Assembly (NCBI GenBank): GCA_964195405.1
Contig: CAXMPK010000029.1
Location: 33,229 to 97,228 of the forward strand
Reading direction: 5' to 3'
DNA from: an uncultured Acidimicrobiia bacterium
Lineage (GTDB): Bacteria > Actinomycetota > Acidimicrobiia > Spongiisociales > ZC4RG35
DNA: 64,000 nt
Position numbers and translations under genes: made by a program
Shown here: in pieces, positions 1 through 10,434 of the stretch
Layout of the letters: every line of letters starts with the position of its first letter
Numbering within the stretch: the stretch's first letter is position 1
Notes under the pieces: model-generated
What the model was told of the DNA's origin: nothing
The model's input: the letters and a program-made list of their open reading frames with translations, nothing else
The model's database searches: none

Positions 1-341
1 CAGCAGACCCCTGGATTGCCAACTTCCTCGGAGACGCTGATGTCCTTCCATCTACCGGGCACCGTGGATATGCGGAATCGGAAATCGGTCGATTCAAAAC
101 CGATCTCAAAGGCCGGGTCATCATCGTGGTGCGGCCCGAAGATGTGCAGATCTCGATTGGAGAGGCGCCGAACGCGACGGTGAACAGCTCGGAATTCTTC
201 GGCCACGACCAACTCGTCACAGTGGCGCTGGCCAGTGGCCGCCTTATTAGATCCCGGATCGGACCAAGACCGACCTATCAGACCGGGGACCACGTCAGGG
301 TACGGGCAATGCACGCACAGGTGTTCCCAGGGCAGGCCTAG
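1..341 (+). CDS. ABC transporter ATP-binding protein, C-terminal fragment (FbpC/PotA-type regulatory domain); 5' end outside window
   Basis: Frame 3 is open from the window edge. Translation ADPWIANFLGDADVL...VVRPEDVQISIGE...GDHVRVRAMHAQVF resembles the post-ATPase linker and TOBE-like domain of Fe3+/polyamine importer ATPases. Confidence 0.6.
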   Translation, partial: ADPWIANFLGDADVLPSTGHRGYAESEIGRFKTDLKGRVIIVVRPEDVQISIGEAPNATVNSSEFFGHDQLVTVALASGRLIRSRIGPRPTYQTGDHVRVRAMHAQVFPGQA

Positions 342-346
342 CCGCA

Positions 347-1021
347 GTGGATTCCGCACTTGCCCTCATCGCCGCGGTGGCCGCCACGCTCTTCGCCGCT
401 GACCTCTGGCGGGACTACCGCCGACATCCCCGTCCTCACATTGCTGCCTACGCGACCGGGATGGCGATGTTTGCCGTGGCTACCTGGGCTCTGTTCATCG
501 GGGTCACCTTCGGATGGACCGGCACCTTGTACCGCACCTTCTTCCTGTTTGGCGCCGTACTCAACATCTTGTTCCTGGCCCTCGGTTCAATGTTTCTCGT
601 GGTGGGTCCACGGGCCGGCCACGTCATGACAATCGCGATAGGTGCCTTTGCCGCCATCTCAGTGACACTGACCTTGACTGTCCCCTTCCAACAGCAGCTT
701 CCAGACGGGGGAATACCCCACGACGTGTTCGCGACAGGGTTTGGACCACGGTTATTCGCTGCGATCGGCGGGGGATTGGGCGCCACCATCCTGATTGTCC
801 TTGCCCTGGTGAGCGTGTTTCGCTTCTGGAAAACCAATCGCCGACTGGTTTGGGGCAGCCTCCTGATCGTTGCCGGCACCTTCGCTGCCGCGTGGGGTGG
901 GACCGGTTTGGCCCTCGGCGACGCCGGTGGGTTTGCGTTCTCCCTACTTCTCGCAGTCACCTTCATCTGGGTCGGCTATCGCGTCGCATCCGGCAGTCGT
1001 CGCCTTGAATCGACGAGTTGA
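347..1021 (+). CDS. hypothetical integral membrane protein (about 6 TM helices)
   Basis: 224-aa ORF with a GTG start 3 nt after the preceding stop codon. Strongly hydrophobic helices throughout. No family recognised. Confidence 0.5.
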   Translation: MDSALALIAAVAATLFAADLWRDYRRHPRPHIAAYATGMAMFAVATWALFIGVTFGWTGTLYRTFFLFGAVLNILFLALGSMFLVVGPRAGHVMTIAIGAFAAISVTLTLTVPFQQQLPDGGIPHDVFATGFGPRLFAAIGGGLGATILIVLALVSVFRFWKTNRRLVWGSLLIVAGTFAAAWGGTGLALGDAGGFAFSLLLAVTFIWVGYRVASGSRRLESTS

Positions 1022-1048
1022 TCCCGACTTCCTCTCCTGCCGGCGCAG

Positions 1049-2053
1049 TTAGCCGCCGATGTAAGACATCTCGACCGGGACGGAGATGCGGGGGGTCGCG
1101 TCGGAGCGGACTTCGGAGTAACGATCGTCGCGTTTGGCCCAAACCTCGGAGATAACCTCACCCACATCGACACCGGAGCGAATCGCGTCGCGGAGACTGG
1201 TTCCGACAGAGGCAAAGAGGCACGTGTACATAGAACCTTCTGCCGACACTCGGGCGCGAGTGCAAGAACCACAGAAGGGTTTGGTCACCGACGCGATAAC
1301 GCCCACTTCGCCTTCCCCGTCGAGATAGCTGAACCGGTTGGCAACCTCTCCCGGGTAGTTGGGAGGAATCGGTCTCAACGGATGAACGCTGTTGATGGTC
1401 TCGATCATCTCCGCTGCCGGAATCACATCGTCCAGACGCCAGCCGTTGGTATTACCGACGTCCATGTACTCAATGAATCGAACGATGTGTGGACTCCCCT
1501 TGAAGTGCGAAGCCATATCGACGACCGCGTGATCGTTCAATCCGCGCTGGACCACACAGTTGACCTTGATCGGGCCCAACCCCGCGGCTGCCGCTGCTTC
1601 GATGGCTTCCAGCACCGTTTCTACCGGGAAGCCAACGTCATTCATCTTCTGAAAGGTCTGGTCGTCCATCGCATCGAGACTCACCGTCACCCGATTCAGC
1701 CCGGCATCAGCCAGCGCCCTCGCCTTCCGAGTCAGAAGTGAGGCATTGGTGGTGAGTGTCAGATCCTCGACGCCGTCGACCCCCGAGATCATCGCGATCA
1801 AGTCGACAATGTCTTTGCGGAGGAGCGGCTCTCCTCCGGTGATCCGTACCTTGTTGACGCCCTGCGCCACGAAGGCCCGTACCACCGAAACAATCTCCTC
1901 AAACGTGAGAAGCTGGTCGCGCGGCAAGAATTCATGATCGGGTCCGAACACCTCTTTGGGCATGCAATAGGTGCAACGGAAGTTGCAGCGGTCGGTGACG
2001 GAGATCCGAAGATCACGCACCGAACGGTCGTAGATGTCTGTGACCCCGCTCAT
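1049..2053 (-). CDS. moaA: GTP 3',8-cyclase (molybdenum cofactor biosynthesis protein A)
   Basis: Radical-SAM motif DRCNFRCTYCMP, GGEPLL, and C-terminal cluster CGSCTRARVSAEG. The ATG at 2053 gives the usual ~22 aa before the Cys motif; starts at 2128 or 2182 are also open. Confidence 0.85.
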   Translation of the reverse strand: MSGVTDIYDRSVRDLRISVTDRCNFRCTYCMPKEVFGPDHEFLPRDQLLTFEEIVSVVRAFVAQGVNKVRITGGEPLLRKDIVDLIAMISGVDGVEDLTLTTNASLLTRKARALADAGLNRVTVSLDAMDDQTFQKMNDVGFPVETVLEAIEAAAAAGLGPIKVNCVVQRGLNDHAVVDMASHFKGSPHIVRFIEYMDVGNTNGWRLDDVIPAAEMIETINSVHPLRPIPPNYPGEVANRFSYLDGEGEVGVIASVTKPFCGSCTRARVSAEGSMYTCLFASVGTSLRDAIRSGVDVGEVISEVWAKRDDRYSEVRSDATPRISVPVEMSYIGG

Positions 2054-2128
2054 ATACCAGTCACGATAAGCCGGAACACGGACAATGGAATCGAGGTTGT
2101 CGCCTGATGCAATCAGTTTCGACTTCAT

Positions 2129-2521
2129 GTGATGAAGTCGTCGAGCAAGAATATGGGTATGGCATTCTTCAAACGTCGTCACAAAGCGGTGCAGATCAGC
2201 TCGACTGCCGAGCTCGAGCAGCTGCTCAAGCAGGGCAAGCCGGTTCTAGTCGACTTCATGAAACACAACTGCGGGCCCTGTCAGACGATGGACGGCATCG
2301 TCAACGAAGTCTCCGAAGAGTTCATCGATGACGCGATTGTGGTCAAAGCCAATCTCGAGAATGTGCCGGAGCTTTTTGGAAAGTTCAAGGTCAAGTCCAC
2401 ACCAACCTTTGTTTTACTCGCACCAGTGGAGAACGGTCTCCACCAACGTTGGCGCCACTCTGGAATGGTGAAAAAGGATGTGATGGTCAGCAAGGTGCAA
2501 CGGGCGGTCGAAGTCGTCTGA
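2129..2521 (+). CDS. thioredoxin-family protein (NCGPC active site)
   Basis: KPVLVDFMKHNCGPCQ matches the thioredoxin xCGPC redox motif and fold length. Start is ambiguous (2129, 2153 or 2159). Divergent from moaA. Confidence 0.75.
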   Translation: MMKSSSKNMGMAFFKRRHKAVQISSTAELEQLLKQGKPVLVDFMKHNCGPCQTMDGIVNEVSEEFIDDAIVVKANLENVPELFGKFKVKSTPTFVLLAPVENGLHQRWRHSGMVKKDVMVSKVQRAVEVV

Positions 2522-2854
2522 GACTCACCGATCTCCCTCCAGAGGTTTTGGCCCACGTCTAGCAAGCCCTGAAACTCAGTGACTAGTCCACTTGGCACAA
2601 CTTGGATTAGTCCCCAAGCCGCCGGGGGCATTTTGTCGATGCTCACATACAGGATCATTCACGGCGGAGTGGCGAATCATGAAAACCAACAAACGCGGAC
2701 GGCACGAGCGGGTTGACTGCAAACACCGCAGGAAGCAGACATCGAGGGTGGCGGGAATGCAACGCAACGTTTGCCAGAAATGCGGAAATGTCAGCGTGGA
2801 CTATCTATTCGATGTCTTCGCCGAGGAGCAACTACAGCTCGACACCTACCCCAG

Positions 2855-4084
2855 TCAGTCCTGAGACTCAGGCTGCCGCTCCCGCTTCGACTTCCGCTGC
2901 GGCTCGCCCTTCCAACTCAGCATCCACCCTCCCATCCCGATTGGTAAAACGATGAGTGGAACCATCCACCCAACGATGGGCAGCAGCCAAACAACGCCGG
3001 TCACGATCGCCCCAACCACAATTGCCCCGTAGATATCCAGTTTCTTGAGTATCAAGCCTCCCAGACGCCCCACCGCGGGAATCCCAGCCACTACACAGAA
3101 AGCCAACACGACACCGGCGGAGGCGAGGACAAGTGGGCCCAAGATGGCCAAGAGGGGAAAGCTGGCCGAAGCCGGCGCAAGACCCAAAACAAGGACGGCA
3201 ACCAGCGCAAGTAGCAGTGGCGATGCCATGACCAAGGCACCGCTGAGCCACGATTTTCCGGGAGTCTCCTTGAGCGTTCTAACCGCACGCTCCGTCTTGT
3301 CCGGCCATCCCCACGCAATCGCAAGAGCTGTGATGGTTAGAAACACGATGACCAAGAACCTGGCGAAGAAGCCGAGGGCGCGGACCCGGATGTTGGGCGG
3401 CAGCGGCGTCTTGTGGACCACCGCTCCATCGACCGAAGCGTTATCGAGGCCCTCTGCCGGCTGATCAGAGCGATATCCAAAATCACCAGCGACCGTCAGC
3501 GTGTCGACCACCGTCAATTGACCAACCGAAACGTCGACATCACCATCGATCACTCCAGCAAGCTCCAAGTTTCGCTGAGTCCCGGTCAGATCTCCGCCAA
3601 CATGACCAAGAGCATTCAGATCCCAAGCCCACACCAGCAGGTCGTTTCCCACCGAAAATCCCGCATCCAGTCGAACGTCGAATGCGGCGATGACAACGTC
3701 ACGGCCGACAGTCCCGGTGACCAAAACGTCGTTAGCGACAGTCCGTAGCGAACCGCCGATTTCACCATTGATTGTCACCCGCGGAGCGAAGGCCAAAACC
3801 GAACCTGTGACGGTTCCGTTGATGACCACCTCCTCGCCGGCGAAGGCGATCAGATCACCGTCTATCACACCTTCGACAACGACTTTGATGGCGCCGGCAT
3901 ACAGGTCGTCCTCGAGAATGTCGTCCGACTGAATGATCACGAACTCCGAATTCGCGGTCTCGGCGGCCACCGCAGGAAGAGCGCTCGCCATCATCAGGCC
4001 ACCGCTGACCAGGGCGAGGAAAAGCGGTCTAGCGGTCTGTCGCATAAATGGTGTGAGGGTGAGAGACACCACAATCATTGGCAA
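2855..4084 (-). CDS. membrane protein with beta-helix-like (bactofilin/polymer-forming-like) repeat region
   Basis: N-terminal signal/TM segment, then a central run of G-[DT]-[VL]-x repeats (GDLIAFAGEEVVINGTVTGSVLAF...), then about 4-5 C-terminal TM helices. Starts 10 nt downstream of nuoN, so probably co-transcribed. Confidence 0.5.
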   Translation of the reverse strand: MPMIVVSLTLTPFMRQTARPLFLALVSGGLMMASALPAVAAETANSEFVIIQSDDILEDDLYAGAIKVVVEGVIDGDLIAFAGEEVVINGTVTGSVLAFAPRVTINGEIGGSLRTVANDVLVTGTVGRDVVIAAFDVRLDAGFSVGNDLLVWAWDLNALGHVGGDLTGTQRNLELAGVIDGDVDVSVGQLTVVDTLTVAGDFGYRSDQPAEGLDNASVDGAVVHKTPLPPNIRVRALGFFARFLVIVFLTITALAIAWGWPDKTERAVRTLKETPGKSWLSGALVMASPLLLALVAVLVLGLAPASASFPLLAILGPLVLASAGVVLAFCVVAGIPAVGRLGGLILKKLDIYGAIVVGAIVTGVVWLLPIVGWMVPLIVLPIGMGGWMLSWKGEPQRKSKRERQPESQD

Positions 4085-4093
4085 GACGGGCCA

Positions 4094-5551
4094 CTACAGC
4101 GAAAAGGCATTCGCCGCCATCCTGAGCAGAGGCTCAGGGACGATGCCTAAGAGGACGGTCCCGACGGTCGCGATCCCGACCGCCCATCGAACCGTGGCCG
4201 ACACCGCGACTTGCTCGTCTTTGGCCTCATCCATGAACATGACCACGATCACACGCATGTAGAAGCCAAAGGTGACGACGGACATCAGAAGACCCATCAC
4301 CACCAACCAGGCGTAGCCACCCGCCCAGGCCTCGGTGAAAACCGCAAACTTGGCGACAAACCCTGAGGTCAGAGGTAGTCCGGCCATCCCAAGCAGGAGC
4401 ACGGCGAACGAGACAGCCAAGACAGGGCTTCGTTTCGCAAGCCCCCGATATTCATCGATGTCCGACGCAGAGCTATCGGAGCCACTGACCGCGGCCACGA
4501 TCGCAAACGCGCCGACCAATTGGATGGCATACACCGTCACGTAGAAAAGCATCCCTTTGGTGGCGCCCCCGACGACACCGGTCATGATGAACCCTGCGTG
4601 AGCGATGCCGGAGTAGGCCAACAGCCGCCTGATGTCGTTTTGAACCAATGCGACCACCGAGCCGATCAGCATCGAGACGGCAGCGATTCCGGCGAGAACA
4701 GGCACCCAACTCTGATCGAACTGGGGCAGACCCGTGATCAGGATGCGGGCGATCGCAACAAACCCGGCGATCTTCGCCATGGACGCCATGTAGCCAGTGA
4801 TTCCTGCGGGGGCGCCCTGGTAAACGTCAGGTGCCCAGGTGTGAAACGGTGCGGCCGACACCTTGAACCCGAGTCCGACGATCACAAGCCCCATCCCGAT
4901 CAGGATCACGGCCGGTCTTGTCACAATGACATCCCGGAAGAACCCACGGATAGCGAGGATCTCAAATTCCCCCGTTCCCGCGTAAAGCAGTGCGACGCCG
5001 TAGATGAATATGGCTGAGGCAAACGAGCCGAGCAGGAAGTACTTCATAGCCGCCTCATCTGATCTCGTCTTGTCCCGGGTCATCCCAGCCAGCACATAGA
5101 GGGCGATCGACCCGACCTCGAGCCCAAGGAACATCATGACAAGGTTGTTGGACGCAACCATTATTGAGAACCCTGTGGTGGCCAGCAGCACCAGAGCAAT
5201 CGCCTCGGCTCCCCTTCGGCCGAGACTCTCGATGAATCGCCATCCAGCGAGAAGACCCAGACCCATGATTGAGATGAGGACGAACCGCCCGAAAACGGCA
5301 AACCCGTCCATCAAGATCATCCCGGAAAATCCGACCAGATCTCCGGTAAGCCCAACCCGCAGGGCGTCTTCAGCTTGGGCCCACTGCAAGATCGTGAAGC
5401 CGAACGCCAGCAAGACGGTAAAGACTGCGATCAGACCGAGACGGCCAATACGAGGCTTCCATTGAACTTCGACCAGGAGGACCGCTGCCGCGCCCAGAGC
5501 AAGAATCAGTTCCGGGAAAATGGCTATCCACTGAACTTCGGGAGTCACCAT
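4094..5551 (-). CDS. nuoN: NADH-quinone oxidoreductase subunit N
   Basis: 485-aa polytopic antiporter-like protein in the last position of the nuo operon. One-nt overlap with the nuoM stop. Confidence 0.9.
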   Translation of the reverse strand: MVTPEVQWIAIFPELILALGAAAVLLVEVQWKPRIGRLGLIAVFTVLLAFGFTILQWAQAEDALRVGLTGDLVGFSGMILMDGFAVFGRFVLISIMGLGLLAGWRFIESLGRRGAEAIALVLLATTGFSIMVASNNLVMMFLGLEVGSIALYVLAGMTRDKTRSDEAAMKYFLLGSFASAIFIYGVALLYAGTGEFEILAIRGFFRDVIVTRPAVILIGMGLVIVGLGFKVSAAPFHTWAPDVYQGAPAGITGYMASMAKIAGFVAIARILITGLPQFDQSWVPVLAGIAAVSMLIGSVVALVQNDIRRLLAYSGIAHAGFIMTGVVGGATKGMLFYVTVYAIQLVGAFAIVAAVSGSDSSASDIDEYRGLAKRSPVLAVSFAVLLLGMAGLPLTSGFVAKFAVFTEAWAGGYAWLVVMGLLMSVVTFGFYMRVIVVMFMDEAKDEQVAVSATVRWAVGIATVGTVLLGIVPEPLLRMAANAFSL

Positions 5552-7080
5552 CAGTTTTCGCCCTTTGCAACAAACACATCGCCGAGACGGCCCGGCTCTG
5601 GAACCTCATATCCAGTCGTCGCCTCGATGTGATCGAGCACCCTTTCGGTCGACGGTGCGATCTTGTCGAGCAGAACATTCGGATAGAGCCCGAGGACGAC
5701 AACCAGGATCGCCAACGGGGCGAGCAGGCCGATCTCGCGGGGGGACAAATCGGAGAGGATCTTGTTCTCCTCCTTTTCAGGGACCCCGGTGAAAACTCGC
5801 TCGTACGCCCACAACAGATAGATGGCCGCGAGGATCACACCGGAAGCTGCGATGACCGTCAGCACCGGGAGCGTCGTATAGCTGCCGATCAAAACCAAGA
5901 ACTCGCCGACGAACCCGTTGAGCCCGGGGAGTCCGATCGAGGCGAAGACCATGAAAAGGAAGAACCCGGCATAGATCGGCATCACCTTCTGGAGACCGCC
6001 GAACTCCGATATCTGCTTGGTGTGCCGGCGTTCATAGATCATTCCGACCAGGAGAAACAACGCACCGGTGGTGAGGCCGTGGTTGACGTTCTGGATGACT
6101 GCGCCTTGAAGGCCACCCGAGGTGAGCGCAAATGTTCCCAAGACGATGAACCCGAGGTGGGAAACAGACGAGTACGCGACCAGTTTCTTGAGGTCCGGCT
6201 GAACGACGGCGACCACAGCTCCGTAAACGATTCCGACTACGGCGAGAGTGCCCATGATCCAGACCGCGTCAACCGAGGCTTCGGGGAACAGGCCGAGGTT
6301 GTAGCGGAGCAAGCCATAGGTGCCGAGCTTGAGGAGAACTCCGGCCAGCAGCACGGAGCCGGCCGTAGGGGCTTCGGTGTGTGCATCGGGCAGCCAGGTG
6401 TGGAATGGGAACAATGGGACCTTGATGGCAAAGGCCAGGGCGAAGGCGGCGAACAGCCACCGTTCGTCACCTTGGGACAGCTCGAGACTCATCAGGTCGG
6501 CTAAAGAGAATGAAGGGCTGCCGTATTGGTCGGCATGAGTAAGCGCCAGAGCGATGATCCCGGCCAGCATCAACGCCGATCCGAACGCTGTGTAGAGGAA
6601 GAACTTCATGGCAGCGTATTTGCGACCGTCACTCCCCCAGATCCCGATGATGAAATACATGGGAACCAGGATCACCTCGAAGAACACGAAGAACAGGAAG
6701 AGGTCGGTGGCGAGAAATACGCCAATCATCCCGGCCTCGAGAAGCAGCGTGTTGGCAACGAATTCCTTGCGGCGGGTCTTGATTCCGGTAGAGGCTCCAA
6801 GGGCAATCGGCACCAGAAGGGTTGTCAGCAGGACCATCGGCATAGAAATCCCGTCAAGACCCAAGCTCCAGCTGATCCCCCATGGCTCGTACCAAACAGC
6901 GTTTTCGGTGAACTGGAACCCGGCGATTGGCTCGAACACGTAGAAGATGTAGGCAGCCAGCGCCAGGGGAAGTACCGAGAGTGTGATGCCAAGCGGCAGA
7001 TGGATCTCTTCACGTTTGCTTGGCACCATCACCACGACAATGGCGGCGACCACGGGAACGACGATCAGCCAGGTCAGCAT
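5551..7080 (-). CDS. nuoM: NADH-quinone oxidoreductase subunit M
   Basis: 509-aa antiporter-like subunit (FPFHTWLPDAHTEAPTAGSVLLAG motif), located between nuoL and nuoN. Confidence 0.92.
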   Translation of the reverse strand: MLTWLIVVPVVAAIVVVMVPSKREEIHLPLGITLSVLPLALAAYIFYVFEPIAGFQFTENAVWYEPWGISWSLGLDGISMPMVLLTTLLVPIALGASTGIKTRRKEFVANTLLLEAGMIGVFLATDLFLFFVFFEVILVPMYFIIGIWGSDGRKYAAMKFFLYTAFGSALMLAGIIALALTHADQYGSPSFSLADLMSLELSQGDERWLFAAFALAFAIKVPLFPFHTWLPDAHTEAPTAGSVLLAGVLLKLGTYGLLRYNLGLFPEASVDAVWIMGTLAVVGIVYGAVVAVVQPDLKKLVAYSSVSHLGFIVLGTFALTSGGLQGAVIQNVNHGLTTGALFLLVGMIYERRHTKQISEFGGLQKVMPIYAGFFLFMVFASIGLPGLNGFVGEFLVLIGSYTTLPVLTVIAASGVILAAIYLLWAYERVFTGVPEKEENKILSDLSPREIGLLAPLAILVVVLGLYPNVLLDKIAPSTERVLDHIEATTGYEVPEPGRLGDVFVAKGEN

Positions 7081-8966
7081 TATGCGCCGCCCACCAAGAG
7101 CCAGATCAGGATGACGACGGTGCCCGCCAGAAGGAGGGCTCCATAGTTGCGGACATAACCGGTCTGAAGAGGACGAATCCAGGCACCGAGCCCGCGGACA
7201 AGACGACCCACGCCATTTACTGCCCCATCAATGACCGGGATATCGATATCGAACGCCGTCACCTCCGCCAACCTCTTGCCTGGTGCGACAATGGTCCGGC
7301 CGTAGAACTCGTCGACACCGTACGCCTGCCCCCACCAACTCCACACCGGCTCGAGCCCACCTTCCCAGCGTTCCCAGTCCTCACGTGGCCGGAGGTAATT
7401 GACCGAGGCCGCTCCGATGCCCACTAGTCCGGCAATGACCGAGAGCGCCGCAATGACGACCAGTAGCCATGTCTCCTCGGGTGGGTGAGCCAGAGTGATC
7501 GACTCGAAAGCTGGCTCGAGGAAGTGTTCGAGACTCAACCGGATCGGTGTGTTGGTCAGACCACCAATCGTCGAAAGCAGGGCAAGGATGACCAGCGGAA
7601 CCGTCATGACCCGGGGCGACTCGTGGGGTTGCACACCCTCGTCCCAACGTGGTTTGCCCAGGAAAACCAGGATGAACTGCCTTGCCATGTAGAACCCGGT
7701 GATCAGCGCGGTCACGAGGCCAATCACCCATAAGAACGAGAAGTAGCCACCACGTTCGAACACTGCTGCCAGGATCTCGTCTTTGGACCAGAACCCCCCA
7801 AGTGGCGGAATACCGGCGATCGCAATGGTCGCGATGCCCATTGTGATCCCGGTGACTTTCATTTTCTTGAAGAGCCCGCCCATCTTGTACATGTCCTGCT
7901 CGCCGTTCATGGCGTGAATGACCGAGCCGGCGCCAAGGAATAGCAGCGCCTTGAAAAAGGCGTGAGTCATCAGGTGAAAGAGACCGGCCACGTATGCGGT
8001 TGTACCCACTGCGAGGATCATGTAGCCGAGTTGGGAGATGGTGGAGTAGGCAAGAACCCTCTTGATATCGCGCTGGCCCATCGCGATGGTTGCCGCCCAA
8101 AGGGCGGTGAAAGCACCCACGGTGGCGACCGTCACCTGGGCCGCCGGTGCCAACTCATAGATGGCAGCCGAGCGTGCGATCAGATAGACACCGGCGGTAA
8201 CCATCGTCGCCGCATGAATGAGAGCTGAAACCGGTGTCGGGCCCTCCATCGCGTCGGGTAACCAGACATACAACGGGATCTGCGCCGATTTACCGACAAC
8301 ACCGACGAAAAAGAGAAGGGCGATCGCCGTGGCCAGCCCGGTAGTCAGCTCAGCATCGGCCCGGTCGAAGATCCCGGCATATGAGAGGGTTCCAAACGCT
8401 GTGAAAACCAGCATGAGGCCGACCATCAGCCCGAGATCCCCGATCCGGTTGACGATGAACGCCTTCTTGGCTGCGGCGGCCGCCGAATGGCGCCTGAACC
8501 AGAAGCCGATCAACAGATATGAGCAGAGGCCCACCAGTTCCCAGCCGAGGAAGAGCATGGCGTAGTTGCCCGCCAGCACCAGGATGAGCATTGAGGCGAT
8601 GAAGAGGTTGAGGATCGCAAAGAAGCGATGGAACCTTTCGTCCCCGTGCATGTAGCCGATCGCGAACACATGGATTAGCGCGCCCACGCCGGTGACGATC
8701 AACGTCATCATCGCCGCCAGCGGATCCCAGAGAATCTCGATGTTGGCGCCAATGGCGGGCATCCACTCCCAAAGAAGAACCGCCTCCCCATGGGCACCGC
8801 CCTCAAAGAATGGGATGGCCGCCGTAAGAGCAATGACGAACGACGCACCCACCGCCAGGGATGCGATGACACCGGGGAGGGGTTCCTTCAGGAAGCGCCC
8901 GAAGAAGTGGAGCAGCACCGAGCCCGCAAGCGGAACGGCGATCGCGAGCCAGATCAGCTCGGTCAT
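7080..8966 (-). CDS. nuoL: NADH-quinone oxidoreductase subunit L
   Basis: 628 aa, antiporter-like core ([28 protein letters not shown]) plus a long C-terminal extension typical of NuoL. Confidence 0.92.
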   Translation of the reverse strand: MTELIWLAIAVPLAGSVLLHFFGRFLKEPLPGVIASLAVGASFVIALTAAIPFFEGGAHGEAVLLWEWMPAIGANIEILWDPLAAMMTLIVTGVGALIHVFAIGYMHGDERFHRFFAILNLFIASMLILVLAGNYAMLFLGWELVGLCSYLLIGFWFRRHSAAAAAKKAFIVNRIGDLGLMVGLMLVFTAFGTLSYAGIFDRADAELTTGLATAIALLFFVGVVGKSAQIPLYVWLPDAMEGPTPVSALIHAATMVTAGVYLIARSAAIYELAPAAQVTVATVGAFTALWAATIAMGQRDIKRVLAYSTISQLGYMILAVGTTAYVAGLFHLMTHAFFKALLFLGAGSVIHAMNGEQDMYKMGGLFKKMKVTGITMGIATIAIAGIPPLGGFWSKDEILAAVFERGGYFSFLWVIGLVTALITGFYMARQFILVFLGKPRWDEGVQPHESPRVMTVPLVILALLSTIGGLTNTPIRLSLEHFLEPAFESITLAHPPEETWLLVVIAALSVIAGLVGIGAASVNYLRPREDWERWEGGLEPVWSWWGQAYGVDEFYGRTIVAPGKRLAEVTAFDIDIPVIDGAVNGVGRLVRGLGAWIRPLQTGYVRNYGALLLAGTVVILIWLLVGGA

Positions 8967-9265
8967 CCTCGAAGCTCACTCAACTCGTCGACAGAGGCGG
9001 TGGCCCTGAGTCTGAAGACAGACACGATGATGGCAAGACCAACGACAACTTCAGCTGCTGCCACCACCAGGATGAAAAAGACCGCGACCTGACCGTTGAG
9101 ATCGTTGAGGGCTCGCCCCGCCGAGATAAGAGTGAGATTCACGGCGTTAAGCATCAGCTCGATACACATGAACATCACCAACGCGTTGCGACGGAGCAAC
9201 AGCCCTAGGGCACCGATCATGAACAGCACTGCGGCAAGGCCCATGTACCAACCCGGGTCGATCAA
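8963..9265 (-). CDS. nuoK: NADH-quinone oxidoreductase subunit K
   Basis: 100 aa, 3 [27 protein letters not shown] start inside a TTGA overlap with the nuoJ stop. The longer 157-aa ORF in the track overlaps nuoJ and is not used. Confidence 0.88.
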   Translation of the reverse strand: MIDPGWYMGLAAVLFMIGALGLLLRRNALVMFMCIELMLNAVNLTLISAGRALNDLNGQVAVFFILVVAAAEVVVGLAIIVSVFRLRATASVDELSELRG

Positions 9266-9783
9266 CTCGGCCTCCGTCGATGATGAGCCAACGCAATCGC
9301 GCCGGCGGCGGCGATCGTCAGGAGTAGAGCAGTCGCTTCGAAGGCCAACACCCAGTCTGTGAAGAGGGGAGCGGCAACAGCCTCGACTGTCCCGTTGGTG
9401 GCATTTGCGTTGATGGTGGAGCCGGCCGGCACCCAATCGAAATCTCCGAATACCGTCACTCCACCCACCAGAAGGACCATTGCCCCGGCGATCCCGCCAA
9501 CGATCGCCCTTTGGTGGGGCAACGCCTCATCACGTGATTCAGACTTGTCAACACCGATCAGCATGATCACGAAAAGGAAAAGTGTGAGCACCGCCCCCGC
9601 GTAAACGATGACCTGGACAGCAGCGACCAGGTGGGCGAGTTGAACTACGTAGATCACCGCCACCGAGAACAAGGTTCCGAGCAGCCCCATTGCCGAATAG
9701 ACCGCGTTTCGGGCAACCACAACTGTCACCGCACCGGCAATGGCCGAGATCGCCATGAGAACGAAGAGGATGGCTTCAACCAT
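9262..9783 (-). CDS. nuoJ: NADH-quinone oxidoreductase subunit J
   Basis: 173 aa from [20 protein letters not shown] overlaps the nuoI stop by 8 nt. Hydrophobic NuoJ-like N-terminal half. Confidence 0.88.
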   Translation of the reverse strand: MVEAILFVLMAISAIAGAVTVVVARNAVYSAMGLLGTLFSVAVIYVVQLAHLVAAVQVIVYAGAVLTLFLFVIMLIGVDKSESRDEALPHQRAIVGGIAGAMVLLVGGVTVFGDFDWVPAGSTINANATNGTVEAVAAPLFTDWVLAFEATALLLTIAAAGAIALAHHRRRPS

Positions 9784-10432
9784 CGGCGGCGTCCGGCTCT
9801 GAAGAAGCGTCGCGAATGTCCTGGGAAGGCTCGGCGCTCCAGTCGGCCGGACCAGGCGTTCCTTGCCACATCTGTATCCCCTCGTAGGCGGCCGCACCAG
9901 ACGGGGCGGTGGCACGGAGCCAGCCGTCGGCTGCATCGAGTTCGTTCTGATCTGCGAGAGGGTCATCCGGGAACATGTGGGGCACGTTGCCCTGCTGGTC
10001 CATGAGCAGGGTTTCTCTTGTGTAGATGGCGTCCTCACGGTTAGTCGTGGACATCTCGAATAGGTGAGTCATGGTGATCGCCTCTGTCGGGCAAGCCTCG
10101 ACGCAGAGCCCGCAGAAAATGCAACGCAGCAGGTTGATCTCGTAGACATAGCCGAACCGCTCGCCGGGAGACGTCGGCGATGCGGGATCGTTGTCCATTC
10201 CCCGGACGTGAATGCAGTTTGCCGGACAGGCGCCAGCACACAGCTCACACCCAATGCACTTCTCCATCCCGTCGGGGTATCGGTTGAGCACATGGCGCCC
10301 GTGAAATCGCTGCGGTTTCTCCCGCATCTCCTTGGGGTACTCGATAGTGACCATCTCTTTACCGGTGATGGTGCGAATCATGGTCCCGCCCGTGACTCTG
10401 AGACCTTTGAGGAGTTCTTTGATCAAACCCAT
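9776..10432 (-). CDS. nuoI: NADH-quinone oxidoreductase subunit I (2x[4Fe-4S]) with C-terminal extension
   Basis: CIGCELCAGACP and CIFCGLCVEACP ferredoxin motifs. Start MGLIKELLKG lies 2 nt after the nuoH stop. About 70 aa of acidic C-terminal tail. Confidence 0.9.
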   Translation of the reverse strand: MGLIKELLKGLRVTGGTMIRTITGKEMVTIEYPKEMREKPQRFHGRHVLNRYPDGMEKCIGCELCAGACPANCIHVRGMDNDPASPTSPGERFGYVYEINLLRCIFCGLCVEACPTEAITMTHLFEMSTTNREDAIYTRETLLMDQQGNVPHMFPDDPLADQNELDAADGWLRATAPSGAAAYEGIQMWQGTPGPADWSAEPSQDIRDASSEPDAADG

Positions 10433-10434
10433 GA

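Noticed and set aside
2679-2864. 61-codon ORF (MKTNKRGRHERVDCKHRRK...CQKCGNVS...) in the lower-GC spacer between thioredoxin and the membrane protein
   Set aside because: No clear RBS, weak codon bias, and Cys spacing not diagnostic of a zinc ribbon. It cannot be supported from sequence alone.
5629-6504. Long antisense or alternative-frame ORFs inside confirmed genes (for example 5629-6504, 7381-8100, 47707-48411, 51438-52517, 60293-61069, 29964-30872)
   Set aside because: These are typical shadow ORFs of GC-rich DNA. Their composition is Arg/Pro/Gly-rich, they show no motifs, and each is fully contained in a gene with strong family signatures on the other strand or frame.
8963-9436. 157-aa extended ORF for nuoK (and similar long N-terminal extensions of the nuoJ, nuoI, nuoE, nuoC and nuoB track ORFs)
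   Set aside because: The extensions overlap the preceding nuo gene and consist of Arg/Pro/Gly-rich out-of-frame translation. Conserved N-termini and start/stop overlaps (TTGA, ATGA) support the shorter starts.
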